Shown one piece after another: positions 20,644 through 29,916 of a stretch of 64,000 bases of DNA. The stretch is from Candidatus Latescibacterota bacterium (GTDB lineage Bacteria > Krumholzibacteriota > Krumholzibacteriia > WVZY01), in NCBI GenBank assembly GCA_963791045.1, contig CAWBQK010000015.1, positions 160,001 through 224,000 of the forward strand. Direction: 5' to 3'. The first letter of the stretch is position 1, and every line of letters begins with the position of its first letter. The notes below the pieces were generated by a model, which was not told the origin of the DNA, ran no database searches, and saw nothing but the letters and a program-made list of their open reading frames with translations. Made by a program: the position numbers and the translations under genes.

Positions 20644-22458
20644 CTATTCGGTTCTTACCACGACACAACGTACCACGGCGCTCGATGAACTCGACACACC
20701 GAATTTGAGCGACGCGGATTGGGTTCCGGATACCAGGTAGAATTTTCCGGTCGCACTCCTGACGGCGCCCGAAAATCCACCCGCGGAGGCGGACCGGTTG
20801 TCCAGATCGAGGGCGCCAAAGGTATCCTGAAAATCGAACGATGTAAAATTGTACCTCGGATTCGACGTGATTCCGCGATTACTCAGATACAGTGTGGCCA
20901 GATAGTCCGCCATCGATGCGTGGAATTCCATATCGGTCACGTCGGCGATCGACGCCTCGCCGAGCAATGGGCTCTGGACGATTGTCTTGTAAATGTCTTC
21001 CCCAAATTGATCGCCGAGATAACGAAGATAGAGAAAAATCCCGCCGCGCTGCTCGAGCGTATCGTGCGCATACGGCCGCAGCTCGGCGTTTCCGAGAAGA
21101 GAGGTCGCGTACGGCGTCTTAAGATACAAATTAGCGCGGAGGATGTTCTGCGCGTCCATTTCGTTCAAGTCCTCCGCCATGTGGGCCATACCCTCTTCGA
21201 GCCATGTTTGCTGGAGGAAACGCCAATCGGTTCCCCCTCCCAGAACGACAAAGCGGTACCCATTGCTTATCATGTGCTCGAATTCGTGGGCCAACGTGCC
21301 GGGAACAACACTCTCGACCACCGTCTTAGGAAAAGTATTCCCCGTCTCGCCATTCGGATCGGGGACCATTGAATAAAATACTTCTCCGCCATTTGTCGTT
21401 CCCGCTGGGAACACGTTGGGCGCGATGTCGTTAAAAAGGACGAATCCCGAGATAAACCCGCCCGTCTGGGCGGTTCCATCGGGCGTCAACTCATTGACAC
21501 GCGGTGTGAAGAGAATAACGATCTTGCCATTGTTGTCGATATCCGTCGGCGAACCGAAGAACTCCGTGTTGGTCGCATAGATCGAATTGTCAAAATTGGC
21601 GCCGAAGGCATCGTAATCCGCCTGCGTAAAACCGCCCGTGGGCTGATTGACATCGCTGTAAATCAGCGCATGAGCCCCGTCGTAGCGAAGATCGGCTGTA
21701 ACGGTCGCAAAGCTGCTGGGGGATTGTATGCTGCACCCCGTGCAGCTCAGCACCCAAAAATTCCGCGACGCCGGTGCGGCGGTATCGGCTGAAGAGGGCG
21801 CCTCGCGGGCGGGCTCACGCTCACGCGGCTCATGAGTCTTGAGATACTCAATCGCCTCTTCGCGCGCAGCCGTCGTGAAATCAAAGGCGAAGTCCCGCGT
21901 CCCGGCCATGCCCGCCATGACGGCCTCGTCCTGCGCGGCAGCGGGCGGGAGATTGTTGGGTGTCACTTCGTAACCATAAGACACACCGGTCGACGTCGCA
22001 GAATGAGGGATGATGAGATACCTTTCGGAACCGGTCTCGACCGGAACGGTGAAATCATAACCGCTGCCTCCCCCAACGACCCACACGTCGCCCACACCAC
22101 GCCCTTCAACAAGCACATTGATCTTGTTGCTCGCCACACCCTTCGACGTGACATACAAACCGCCGGTGTTGGCGTTCGCCGACACAATAACGGCAAGCGA
22201 ATCCGGCGCCGCAAAGAACGGAACCGAAGCCGCCTCAGAATTGTTGAACACCACCCGGTTGCTCGACGCCGGCGAAGCGAATTTGGCTCCTGTGAGGGTG
22301 AGCGTATCACCCGGCGAAATTGTCGAGTCGCTCAAAGCGGTCAGAACGGGAATGACCACCGGCACATCGGCCGGGGTGTCATCATCCGAGCTGCACGAGG
22401 ACAAAAGAACCGCTCCAATAAGTAACAGTATCCAGAACTTGCTTGTGATGTGGTTCAT
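20644..22458 (-). CDS. Lipoprotein with IPT/TIG domain and zinc metallopeptidase (M30-like) domain
   Basis: Lipobox LSSC; PGDTLTLTG.F...NRVVF; DIDNNGKIVILFT; TLAHEFEHMI followed by WLEEGMAH. Confidence 0.8.
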   Translation of the reverse strand: MNHITSKFWILLLIGAVLLSSCSSDDDTPADVPVVIPVLTALSDSTISPGDTLTLTGAKFASPASSNRVVFNNSEAASVPFFAAPDSLAVIVSANANTGGLYVTSKGVASNKINVLVEGRGVGDVWVVGGGSGYDFTVPVETGSERYLIIPHSATSTGVSYGYEVTPNNLPPAAAQDEAVMAGMAGTRDFAFDFTTAAREEAIEYLKTHEPREREPAREAPSSADTAAPASRNFWVLSCTGCSIQSPSSFATVTADLRYDGAHALIYSDVNQPTGGFTQADYDAFGANFDNSIYATNTEFFGSPTDIDNNGKIVILFTPRVNELTPDGTAQTGGFISGFVLFNDIAPNVFPAGTTNGGEVFYSMVPDPNGETGNTFPKTVVESVVPGTLAHEFEHMISNGYRFVVLGGGTDWRFLQQTWLEEGMAHMAEDLNEMDAQNILRANLYLKTPYATSLLGNAELRPYAHDTLEQRGGIFLYLRYLGDQFGEDIYKTIVQSPLLGEASIADVTDMEFHASMADYLATLYLSNRGITSNPRYNFTSFDFQDTFGALDLDNRSASAGGFSGAVRSATGKFYLVSGTQSASLKFGVSSSSSAVVRCVVVRTE

Positions 22459-22661
22459 GATTCTCTCAAAGGTAGAGTTGTGTCTTGTTATGACCAGTTC
22501 GTGCTTGCACCCCTAATCCTACAGAATCTAACGAATACCCGAAACGCGTGCAAGAAGTATCCCCCGACCCACCGCTTGTGTAACCCGGAGTTTACAGTCG
22601 GCACACCTTCCACAACCGCCTTGATTTACGCATACGGACGCGATCAAACCGCCGCCGCATG

Positions 22662-22677
22662 GGGCACGGGACTTGCA
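22662..22677 (+). promoter_or_regulatory. Sigma-54 (-24/-12) promoter with candidate upstream palindrome
   Basis: GGGCAC-GGGAC-TTGCA; TGTAA-N8-TTACA at 22579-22596. Confidence 0.6.
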
Positions 22678-22778
22678 CGATGGGAACAGCCTGTCCAGCC
22701 GCGTGCGCGCATGCGGAATGATAAGGAAAAATAAGGTCACAGTGGTTTCTTTCAACCCCAGAAGGTTTCGAGGGCATA

Positions 22779-24194
22779 ATGGAATTTGCAATCCACATCA
22801 TTGAGCAAAGCAACTACGACGCCCAGAATGTCATCGACCTGACAAAAAAACTCGCCTTTCCCACGCGGATTGTCGAACCGGCCGATATCGACAAGGGACG
22901 GACGGCCATAGATGTCGTCATTCTCGGCTTGTCGTCCGAGCTCGACGTGTCGGACGCGCGCGTGCGCCTGTCGCGGATCAAATCGATCTGCCCGAGCGCC
23001 CAGGTGGTTCTGTGCACGCCGGCGGAAACCGAGTCCCTCGATTCGACGATTATGAGCCTCGGCGCGCGGGCGTTTCTTCTGAAGCCGCTCGAGGAGGACA
23101 CGTTCGTCTCGCTGATCAATAAGATGCTCTCCCAAATACAAAAGAGGAGACAGCGCGAGAAATACCTCAAGGACTCAAAGAAGACATCGCACGTCCGCGA
23201 CGTCATCGGCAAGAGCCAGGCGATGAAGGAAGTCCTCGCCCTCGTCGAACGCGTGGCCCAGAGTCCGTCGACATCGGTGCTCCTACTTGGGGAATCGGGA
23301 ACGGGCAAAAGCTTCTTCTCGCAGACTATCCATGAGATGAGCGATCGGGCGAGCGGACCTTTTATCGAAATCAACTGTGCGGCGATGCCGCAGAATCTTA
23401 TTGAAAGCGAGCTATTCGGTTATGAACCCGGCGCGTTTACCGACGCGAAGACACAGAAGGTTGGTCTTATCGAGCTCGCCGACAACGGAACGCTTCTTCT
23501 CGACGAGATCACGGAAACCGACACACAGACCCAGGCCAAACTTTTGAAGTTTCTCGACTCCAAGAAGCTGAGGCGGCTAGGCGGCGACGAGGAAATCGCG
23601 GTCGATGTCCGGATCGTCGCGGCGACCAACCGGAACCTGCGCGAAGAGGTTAAAGAGAAGCGTTTCCGCGAGGATCTCTTCTACCGTTTGAATGTTATTG
23701 AAATCAATATCCCGCCCTTGAGAGAGCGGGCGCAGGATATCGACAAAATCGCGACGTACTATCTCGGTTATTATAAGAAGAAGTTCAAGAAACCGTACCT
23801 GCAGATGGCGCCTGACGTGCAGGCGATGCTACGCGAGTATCCGTGGCCGGGGAACGTCCGCGAGCTTATTAATGTGATCGAACGCGCGGTGCTTCTTTGT
23901 AAGGACGCGAAGATTCGCAAGGTCGATCTGCCGATCGAGAAGAAACCGGACCCGCACGTGATCTCGTTCTCACAGGAATACGACGATCTGGTGGTAACGA
24001 TACCACCGGGCGGCGTGAATCTGGATGTGATCGAGAGAAAGGTTATCGAGGCGACGCTGGTCCAGACGAAGGGGAATGTGTTGAAAGCGTCAAAGCTCCT
24101 CGGGATGAGCCGCGGCGCGCTTCGTTATAAGCTGGCGAAACACAAGATCGACCCGCAGAACCTGGTACGGAAGCAGTTGGTCAAGACGACTTAA
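22779..24194 (+). CDS. NtrC-like sigma-54 activator with degenerate receiver domain
   Basis: Receiver-like N-terminus (DVVILGL, FLLKPL), GESGTGKS, GAFTDA, FREDLFYRL, WPGNVREL and a Fis HTH. Confidence 0.92.
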   Translation: MEFAIHIIEQSNYDAQNVIDLTKKLAFPTRIVEPADIDKGRTAIDVVILGLSSELDVSDARVRLSRIKSICPSAQVVLCTPAETESLDSTIMSLGARAFLLKPLEEDTFVSLINKMLSQIQKRRQREKYLKDSKKTSHVRDVIGKSQAMKEVLALVERVAQSPSTSVLLLGESGTGKSFFSQTIHEMSDRASGPFIEINCAAMPQNLIESELFGYEPGAFTDAKTQKVGLIELADNGTLLLDEITETDTQTQAKLLKFLDSKKLRRLGGDEEIAVDVRIVAATNRNLREEVKEKRFREDLFYRLNVIEINIPPLRERAQDIDKIATYYLGYYKKKFKKPYLQMAPDVQAMLREYPWPGNVRELINVIERAVLLCKDAKIRKVDLPIEKKPDPHVISFSQEYDDLVVTIPPGGVNLDVIERKVIEATLVQTKGNVLKASKLLGMSRGALRYKLAKHKIDPQNLVRKQLVKTT

Positions 24195-24249
24195 TCGCAC
24201 CAGCCTCCTCACTTGACGACCCGCCGCGGCTGCATCCGGAGTAATACAC

Positions 24250-24374
24250 GCGATCTATCTGGGGCCCGCACTTCGCTTCGCTCGGGTCCTGTCGCCGAAT
24301 GCCGGCACGGCTGTGTCCGAGGCAACACCTGCGATCTGCCTTGGGCTCGCACTTCGCTTCGCTCGGGTCCTGTC
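24250..24374. repeat. Two direct copies of a 44-bp REP-like palindromic repeat
   Basis: 24250-24293 and 24331-24374 are 40/44 identical (core CGCACTTCGCTTCGCTCGGGTCCTGTC) and lie between convergent genes. Confidence 0.9.
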
Positions 24375-24397
24375 ATCAATACTCAATAATCCGGAGA

Positions 24398-25063
24398 TCA
24401 GTCGGAATAGAGAGCCTTCATTTTGCCCCACGTCGTGTCCTGAGTAAGCGTTGTGGCGGCGCTCAGTCCATACAGCAGATTTCCCATATCATCGTTCCAG
24501 GAGACGATCCGCCACGAACCACCCTCCCCATCCGGCCGGCGAACGGTCACCAACGCCTGGAGATTGTCTCCGACGTACGTAAAATAGCCGGCTTCGAGCG
24601 TCAACCTGTATCGGAAGACTTTCGAGTACCAGGTCTCACCGGGGTACTCTTGAGGATCGGGGTCAAGTTCCTGCCATGAGTCTTCGCCCTCGGTGTAAGT
24701 GAGAGTCAAATTGATCGAACTCACCGCAGATTGTCCCGGCTTGACAAATTCCGGGTCGAACATGTTCCCGACCGCGGCCATCTCGGCCGGGCGGTCCCAC
24801 TCCGATATCATCACGTCACCATTCTTGACATCCGCGTTGGAAAAATGAAATACGAACACGTCATCAAGAAGTTCGTCGTAGCGGACAAGATTCCGTTCAT
24901 TCCATGCTTTCGACAAGTTAAAGAGAACATTGTCACGCACGGTGAGCGCCCGGTAGGCATCAGGGTCGGGTATTACAATGTTGTCGTCCGAATCGTCACT
25001 GCACGAAAAGATGAACGGGAGGACGAAGAGCAACACCATCGGGATAAGCAAACGTTTCGACAT
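24398..25063 (-). CDS. Hypothetical lipoprotein with C-terminal TWGKMKALY motif
   Basis: GAGGAG SD before ATG 25063, lipobox IFSC, an NTF2-like-looking body, ending TTWGKMKALYSD. Confidence 0.8.
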   Translation of the reverse strand: MSKRLLIPMVLLFVLPFIFSCSDDSDDNIVIPDPDAYRALTVRDNVLFNLSKAWNERNLVRYDELLDDVFVFHFSNADVKNGDVMISEWDRPAEMAAVGNMFDPEFVKPGQSAVSSINLTLTYTEGEDSWQELDPDPQEYPGETWYSKVFRYRLTLEAGYFTYVGDNLQALVTVRRPDGEGGSWRIVSWNDDMGNLLYGLSAATTLTQDTTWGKMKALYSD

Positions 25064-25419
25064 GACGGGACTCCTCGGTAAGGGGCGGAGTGGGATTCGG
25101 GATATAATTATATCATACTCGGCATCGCTCGACACGACGCGGCACGGTGCGCCCGCACAACCCGGACCGGAAGCCCAAATCCACAAGGTGGCCGGTGTCG
25201 GCCACAAGGGCGATAACTAATTTCATTATAGAAAATTACGCGCGCGGCGACGGATCGGCCCCGTGTTTATGTCAACGATTCACACCCAATTTCGAGGCGC
25301 GATGAAGATCCACAGCTCAACCCAACGCCCGAACAATGCCCACATAACTGATTACAAAAATGCATGTTACGCAATTGGCCTGACGTGCCGATCGCGCAAA
25401 AACGGTCACCCAGAACGCG

Positions 25420-25435
25420 TGGCACTTCGCTTGCC
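25420..25435 (+). promoter_or_regulatory. Sigma-54 (-24/-12) promoter
   Basis: TGGCAC-TTCGC-TTGCC about 58 bp upstream of ATG 25494. Confidence 0.7.
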
Positions 25436-25493
25436 TTAGCATAGGGTGAGAGCGTTGGATTTCGTACAGTGATCGAAAGGATCGGCAAATAAG

Positions 25494-25892
25494 ATGTCCC
25501 GACCAAACTCAATAAAACTCCTCGCCCTGCCGGCCATCGTGGTTGTCGGCCTCATGGCAGGCTGTACGTTCTCCGATACTGTTACCGGTCCCGATTTCAC
25601 CGATCAGACATTGGCCGAGAATCTCGTCGCCGGAGGTTGCCCCGATTGGGGTGAAGTGTGCGACACGGTCGGGTGGGCCGTCTGGTCCGAGTGTCCCTTA
25701 GATGGGGACTGGAAAAACAAGGGACAGCTTGTGTCCTGCAAGAAAAAAGCTATGAAGCAGTACCTCAAGGAATACAAGGACTGCTTTACGGAAGATGAAT
25801 TGGAAGCACTGAAAGAGTGCATCTTGTGGTGGGCTCCCACGGAGTCGCCGGAGCCTGGAGGTGATACCAAGACCAAGATAACGTCGGAATAG
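25494..25892 (+). CDS. Small Cys-rich lipoprotein
   Basis: Lipobox MAGC and six further Cys, including CPLDGDWKNKGQLVSC. Confidence 0.75.
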   Translation: MSRPNSIKLLALPAIVVVGLMAGCTFSDTVTGPDFTDQTLAENLVAGGCPDWGEVCDTVGWAVWSECPLDGDWKNKGQLVSCKKKAMKQYLKEYKDCFTEDELEALKECILWWAPTESPEPGGDTKTKITSE

Positions 25893-25913
25893 CTGTATAT
25901 GGACCACCAATTG

Positions 25914-25958
25914 AAAGGCCGTCAGGATTGGAATCAAAACCAGCCCCGACGGCCTTTT
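25914..25958. terminator. Hairpin between convergent genes, probable terminator
   Basis: AAAGGCCGTC...GACGGCCTTT(T). Confidence 0.5.
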
Positions 25959-25976
25959 CAAATTATGTGCGCCGCG

Positions 25977-26489
25977 TCAACGCATCCGTTCCTCGATGAG
26001 CGCCGCCATCGCTTCGCCTTCGATCGTACCCTGTTCGAGTAACTCCTTTGCCACACCACCGACCGTCTCCCTCACGTCACCGCGCGTCAGAAATCGCCCG
26101 ACATCCCCCCGCACACTTTCGTAATACGCACGCTTCCCGTTTTTCGGAGCGGGGATCGCGTTCAAGAGCATCTTCGCCTGCCGGAGCCTTTCCATGTGCA
26201 GCGGTCCCCTCGGACCGTTCGGCATAAACATTCTTTGAGCGAGCGGACCGGAGAGAAGAATCGCGGCCAGGCGTTCGGCAAGAGCGGACGACTCCGCCGA
26301 TCGAACCCATTCGAAATCCACATTACGGATGGCATCGTTCCACACATTGTTCCCCGCATCCACTCCCCTGGTGAAAATCGAAACCGGCATCAACATCACG
26401 CCACGGTCCCACGCGCAGACTGCATGGCCGGCTTCGCGGAACGCCGCGGAAAAATGAAAGTCCAATCGTTTCGGTTTTCTTGGCGTCAA
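25977..26489 (-). CDS. Hypothetical protein resembling a stand-alone M41/FtsH peptidase domain with degenerate HExxH
   Basis: AAFREAGHAV, LLSGPLAQ and VAKELLEQGTIEG. TTG start at 26489 after a GGAGAG SD. Confidence 0.6.
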   Translation of the reverse strand: MTPRKPKRLDFHFSAAFREAGHAVCAWDRGVMLMPVSIFTRGVDAGNNVWNDAIRNVDFEWVRSAESSALAERLAAILLSGPLAQRMFMPNGPRGPLHMERLRQAKMLLNAIPAPKNGKRAYYESVRGDVGRFLTRGDVRETVGGVAKELLEQGTIEGEAMAALIEERMR

Positions 26490-26523
26490 CCCGACTCTCC
26501 CAACAAGCTCCGAATCCCCAGGA

Positions 26524-29500
26524 TCAAAGATCGAACGCAAAAGCCATTGTAAAGTAGTGACTCCAACCCCGCTCCTGTTTGATCACAACAGGAATAGTGC
26601 CAAAGCCGGTAAGGACGATTTCCACGGGGTCCAGGGCGTACGCGGACGTCCACGTCACCGCCGTCGGGAACATGTAGAACGATCCAAGACTCAAACGAAA
26701 TTCCCCGCCGACCGAGTTCTTGTAGCCCTCGGTCGCAAACCCGGCATCGCTCCACGCATTCCCCGTTTCGAAGAAAACATTGCCGTACAAGTCCCTGAAG
26801 TAGAAATTGAAAAACTGCTTATCCATGTTTCGCCAGATTGGGAAACGGTATGACAGACTCCCGATAACCGCCTTTTTGCCACCGATACTGTAATACGTAT
26901 AACCGCGAATACCGTCACGGCCCCCGGCGTAGGTCCAGAAGAAGTCATCGACGGTCCGGTCAATGATGCTCATATAAAGCCGCACACGGAGGGAGTTCCG
27001 AAGATACGGCAGCCCGATATATTCGCGCCAGTCGAGCGTATAGCGGTTGAAGTTGTTATCCGTGTACACCGGCTTGAACCCGTACTCGAACTCACCGCTG
27101 GAAAAGAGCTTGTCGTACGCGCGCATGTACTCGAATGAAATCTGCCTACCGCCTCGGGGGTTGATGTCCGAATCGACAGCGGCGGCCAGTTGCCGATACT
27201 TCCAGGTGAAATACCACTCGTTTCCGATAAAGTACTTCCAACCGCCTTTGAACGATGTGTAATACTCCTCGTCCCTGTACTCATCCCCTTCGAGATGAAC
27301 GTTGTATTCTCCGTGCGCCCAGTACAGGGAAGCTTCATGGTAATAAAGAAGCGAGTAAAGTTCGGAGAGTTCCAACTTGAGACCAATATCAGCCTGCCAA
27401 AGACTATATTGGGTCTCGTACTCATAATAAGTCGGGGTGATGCTTTCCTCATCGATAATCGTCTGATCGTGGAGCTGACGGAGCACAATGAAGTCGGCGA
27501 ACAGGGTCGGATAAAAGTTCCGTATCTCATACATGATGTAACCATCGTATTCGCCATTGGTCCCCAGCGACCCGCCGGCGAAGAGCGACTGCTTGTCGAG
27601 AATCTCGTTGCTCGTCAGGTTGAGGCCGAATCTGACGTTCCCATCCCACACAACCACCCTTGGATAGAACTGAAACGAACTGTATGTCGACTTGTACGCC
27701 GAGCTCTCCAGCGGGCCGTATTTCGAGCCCGTGGAACTCAAGTGAGAGATCCCGGTCGTGTCCGCCACATCTCCAACCTGTCCCGGCGCGGCGTAGGAGC
27801 CAAAGCCCTCGAACCGCGGCCCACCGGTCCCGCCAACCGTCGCATCGGCAATAAGCGCCTGATCCGTCATCGGCGCATCGGCCACCGCAACACCGGCGCC
27901 GCCGGGGACATCCAATGAGGCGCTCTTCAAGAAAGCGCACTCATCGTAGGGTTTGACCACACGTGTCTCGAACCCCGAGAGGTCGAGTGTTTCGACGGGC
28001 TCGGCATCGGAACGAATGAGACCAATACCATAGCCGTCCCCGCTGTAATGACTGTAGGCGACCGCGCCGTCCTCGGACTCATCGGGCGTGAACGCGCCGC
28101 CGAGAACATTCGTCCTCTGTTCGAAGACGCCTGTCTCGAGATCGAGTTCGTATATATTGAAAATCCCCGTCCGGTCGCAGCTGAAGAGAATCCTCTTCCC
28201 GTCCCGCGACCAGCGCGCGTCCCGCTCATCGTTGGGCGTATCGACCAGATAGTGAAACCCCGAACCGTCGGACGAAATGGCCGCGATGTCGCGTGTGCCT
28301 TCTTTGAATATTCCGAAAAGAATCTGTGTGCCGTCGGGGGAAAACTGCGGGTTGTAAAACTGGGTGCCCATCCCGGCGGTATAAATCTGCTGTTCGTTTT
28401 CTCCGTCGGCGTCGAGGACAACCAGCCGGTGGGTCCCGTCACCGTTCTTGACACCAACGAGTTTGGAGCCGTCAGGAGACAGGTCGGGGTCCCCGATTCG
28501 CGATCCCTTGAGCAGTTCCTTTTCTTTTTTTGTTTCGAAATCGTAAACAAAAATATCGTTGACCACCGAAGCATACTTGTCGACGTCATGTTTCTTCGAG
28601 TAATAGACCTTCGTGCCGTCGCTGGTGAAGGCCGCGCGCGAACTGACCGCGCCTTTTATCGATTTTCCATTTTTTCCGTCGCGATCCATCAGGAAGAGAC
28701 CCGTCACCGCGTAGTCGTTCCCCTTGTTCGACTGGTAGGCGATCTTTTTCCCGTCGGGGCTGAACACCGGCGAGAAATTCATGTACCCCTTCTTCTCACC
28801 CGCATCGACGATTATCCGTCCCTCGGTGATGTTGTCGCGTATATCCTCCGTCTGGATTTCATAACGGTCCTGGAGATACGCCTTCCAATCTTTATAAAGG
28901 TCTTTGCCCTTCTTCCCGATAACATCCTCGAGCGCGCCGTCCATATTGAGACGAAGCGGTTTTTTGAGGGCCTTGGTGATATCGCGAATGGCTTCTGGGC
29001 CGTACTCCCTCGCAATGTAGTTTACGAGCCCAAAACCATGGTCGTACACCTGTTCGCCCTTCATCGACGACTTGCCGAAGAAACCCATTTCGTTGTACGT
29101 GAGCATTTTGTCTTCGAGGACGGCGGAGCGAAGAATCATGTCGCGGTGCGTATCCCAACAATCGTACCTGGTCCCTGGTGTTTGAAACTGCGCCACGCCT
29201 TCGGCGAACCACGGCGGATAGAGAACGGTCAAAAGCGGATACGAGATGATATCCTTGGGGTAACCTTGGAGAACATCCGGCCGCCTCTCCTCTTCGAATG
29301 TAATCATCTGAAAGTATATGGCGGGCAGTCGGCGCGACGTTTTCATCGCCGCCTGGATCGAAACGATGTGTCCGTATTCATGCGTAACAACATTTCGGAG
29401 CCAGTTCGTCGTACCGCGGTATCCGAAGGCGAGATTCGTCGCCCACAGTTCGACCTTGTTGTCGAAGAAGAACGCGGCACCGTTGGCGTAGTCGTCGGTG

Positions 29501-29757
29501 TCCTTTATAATAAAATGAACGGGGAGATCGGGTTCGTAATCGTAGAGTTCGATGAGCGGACCGTGGACTTCTTCGGCAATCATGGCGACTTGCTGCGCGG
29601 TCCACTCGGCGCCCTGGTGGTAATGAACCTCGAAGTGCTCGGTCTTGAGCGTTCTCCATTCGAGGGATGTATTGTTGTAAGCGTGTGCCGGCGACAGCGA
29701 CCACACACAGAGAACCACCAACGCGATAAAGAGAGCGTAAGAGATGTTAGTTCGCAT
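26524..29757 (-). CDS. Outer-membrane protein: metallopeptidase domain, TolB/PD40 beta-propeller and Omp85-like barrel
   Basis: Signal peptide; WRTLKTEHFEVHY; THEYGH...WFAEGVA; repeated P.FSPDG..I; GGRDGIRGY (Omp85 loop-6 like); ends FTMAFAFDL. Confidence 0.85.
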   Translation of the reverse strand: MRTNISYALFIALVVLCVWSLSPAHAYNNTSLEWRTLKTEHFEVHYHQGAEWTAQQVAMIAEEVHGPLIELYDYEPDLPVHFIIKDTDDYANGAAFFFDNKVELWATNLAFGYRGTTNWLRNVVTHEYGHIVSIQAAMKTSRRLPAIYFQMITFEEERRPDVLQGYPKDIISYPLLTVLYPPWFAEGVAQFQTPGTRYDCWDTHRDMILRSAVLEDKMLTYNEMGFFGKSSMKGEQVYDHGFGLVNYIAREYGPEAIRDITKALKKPLRLNMDGALEDVIGKKGKDLYKDWKAYLQDRYEIQTEDIRDNITEGRIIVDAGEKKGYMNFSPVFSPDGKKIAYQSNKGNDYAVTGLFLMDRDGKNGKSIKGAVSSRAAFTSDGTKVYYSKKHDVDKYASVVNDIFVYDFETKKEKELLKGSRIGDPDLSPDGSKLVGVKNGDGTHRLVVLDADGENEQQIYTAGMGTQFYNPQFSPDGTQILFGIFKEGTRDIAAISSDGSGFHYLVDTPNDERDARWSRDGKRILFSCDRTGIFNIYELDLETGVFEQRTNVLGGAFTPDESEDGAVAYSHYSGDGYGIGLIRSDAEPVETLDLSGFETRVVKPYDECAFLKSASLDVPGGAGVAVADAPMTDQALIADATVGGTGGPRFEGFGSYAAPGQVGDVADTTGISHLSSTGSKYGPLESSAYKSTYSSFQFYPRVVVWDGNVRFGLNLTSNEILDKQSLFAGGSLGTNGEYDGYIMYEIRNFYPTLFADFIVLRQLHDQTIIDEESITPTYYEYETQYSLWQADIGLKLELSELYSLLYYHEASLYWAHGEYNVHLEGDEYRDEEYYTSFKGGWKYFIGNEWYFTWKYRQLAAAVDSDINPRGGRQISFEYMRAYDKLFSSGEFEYGFKPVYTDNNFNRYTLDWREYIGLPYLRNSLRVRLYMSIIDRTVDDFFWTYAGGRDGIRGYTYYSIGGKKAVIGSLSYRFPIWRNMDKQFFNFYFRDLYGNVFFETGNAWSDAGFATEGYKNSVGGEFRLSLGSFYMFPTAVTWTSAYALDPVEIVLTGFGTIPVVIKQERGWSHYFTMAFAFDL

Positions 29758-29874
29758 CGAGTCCCTCAGGCAAACCAGGGGATACCAGGAGTATCACAAT
29801 TAAGGTCATTCAAATCCAGGGGGTTGGGCGAATCAGGCTGGTGGATCTCTCTCCAGGTCACCACTTCTTTAATA

Positions 29875-29903
29875 ATGATACGCCGCAACTGACTAAATGT
29901 CAA
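29875..29903 (-). promoter_or_regulatory. Sigma-70 promoter
   Basis: TTGACA-N17-TATCAT upstream of the 29757 gene. Confidence 0.75.
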
Positions 29904-29916
29904 TAAGTACAGTCTT

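Noticed and set aside
24250-24374. CRISPR mini-array
   Set aside because: Only two imperfect copies, no cas genes or AT-rich leader, and fragments recur rearranged at 33.6 kb as REP elements do.
28048-29892. Long + strand ORF of 614 aa and similar antisense ORFs (e.g. 12495-13670, 54537-55808)
   Set aside because: Shadow ORFs opposite well-supported genes, expected in GC-rich DNA, with no motifs.
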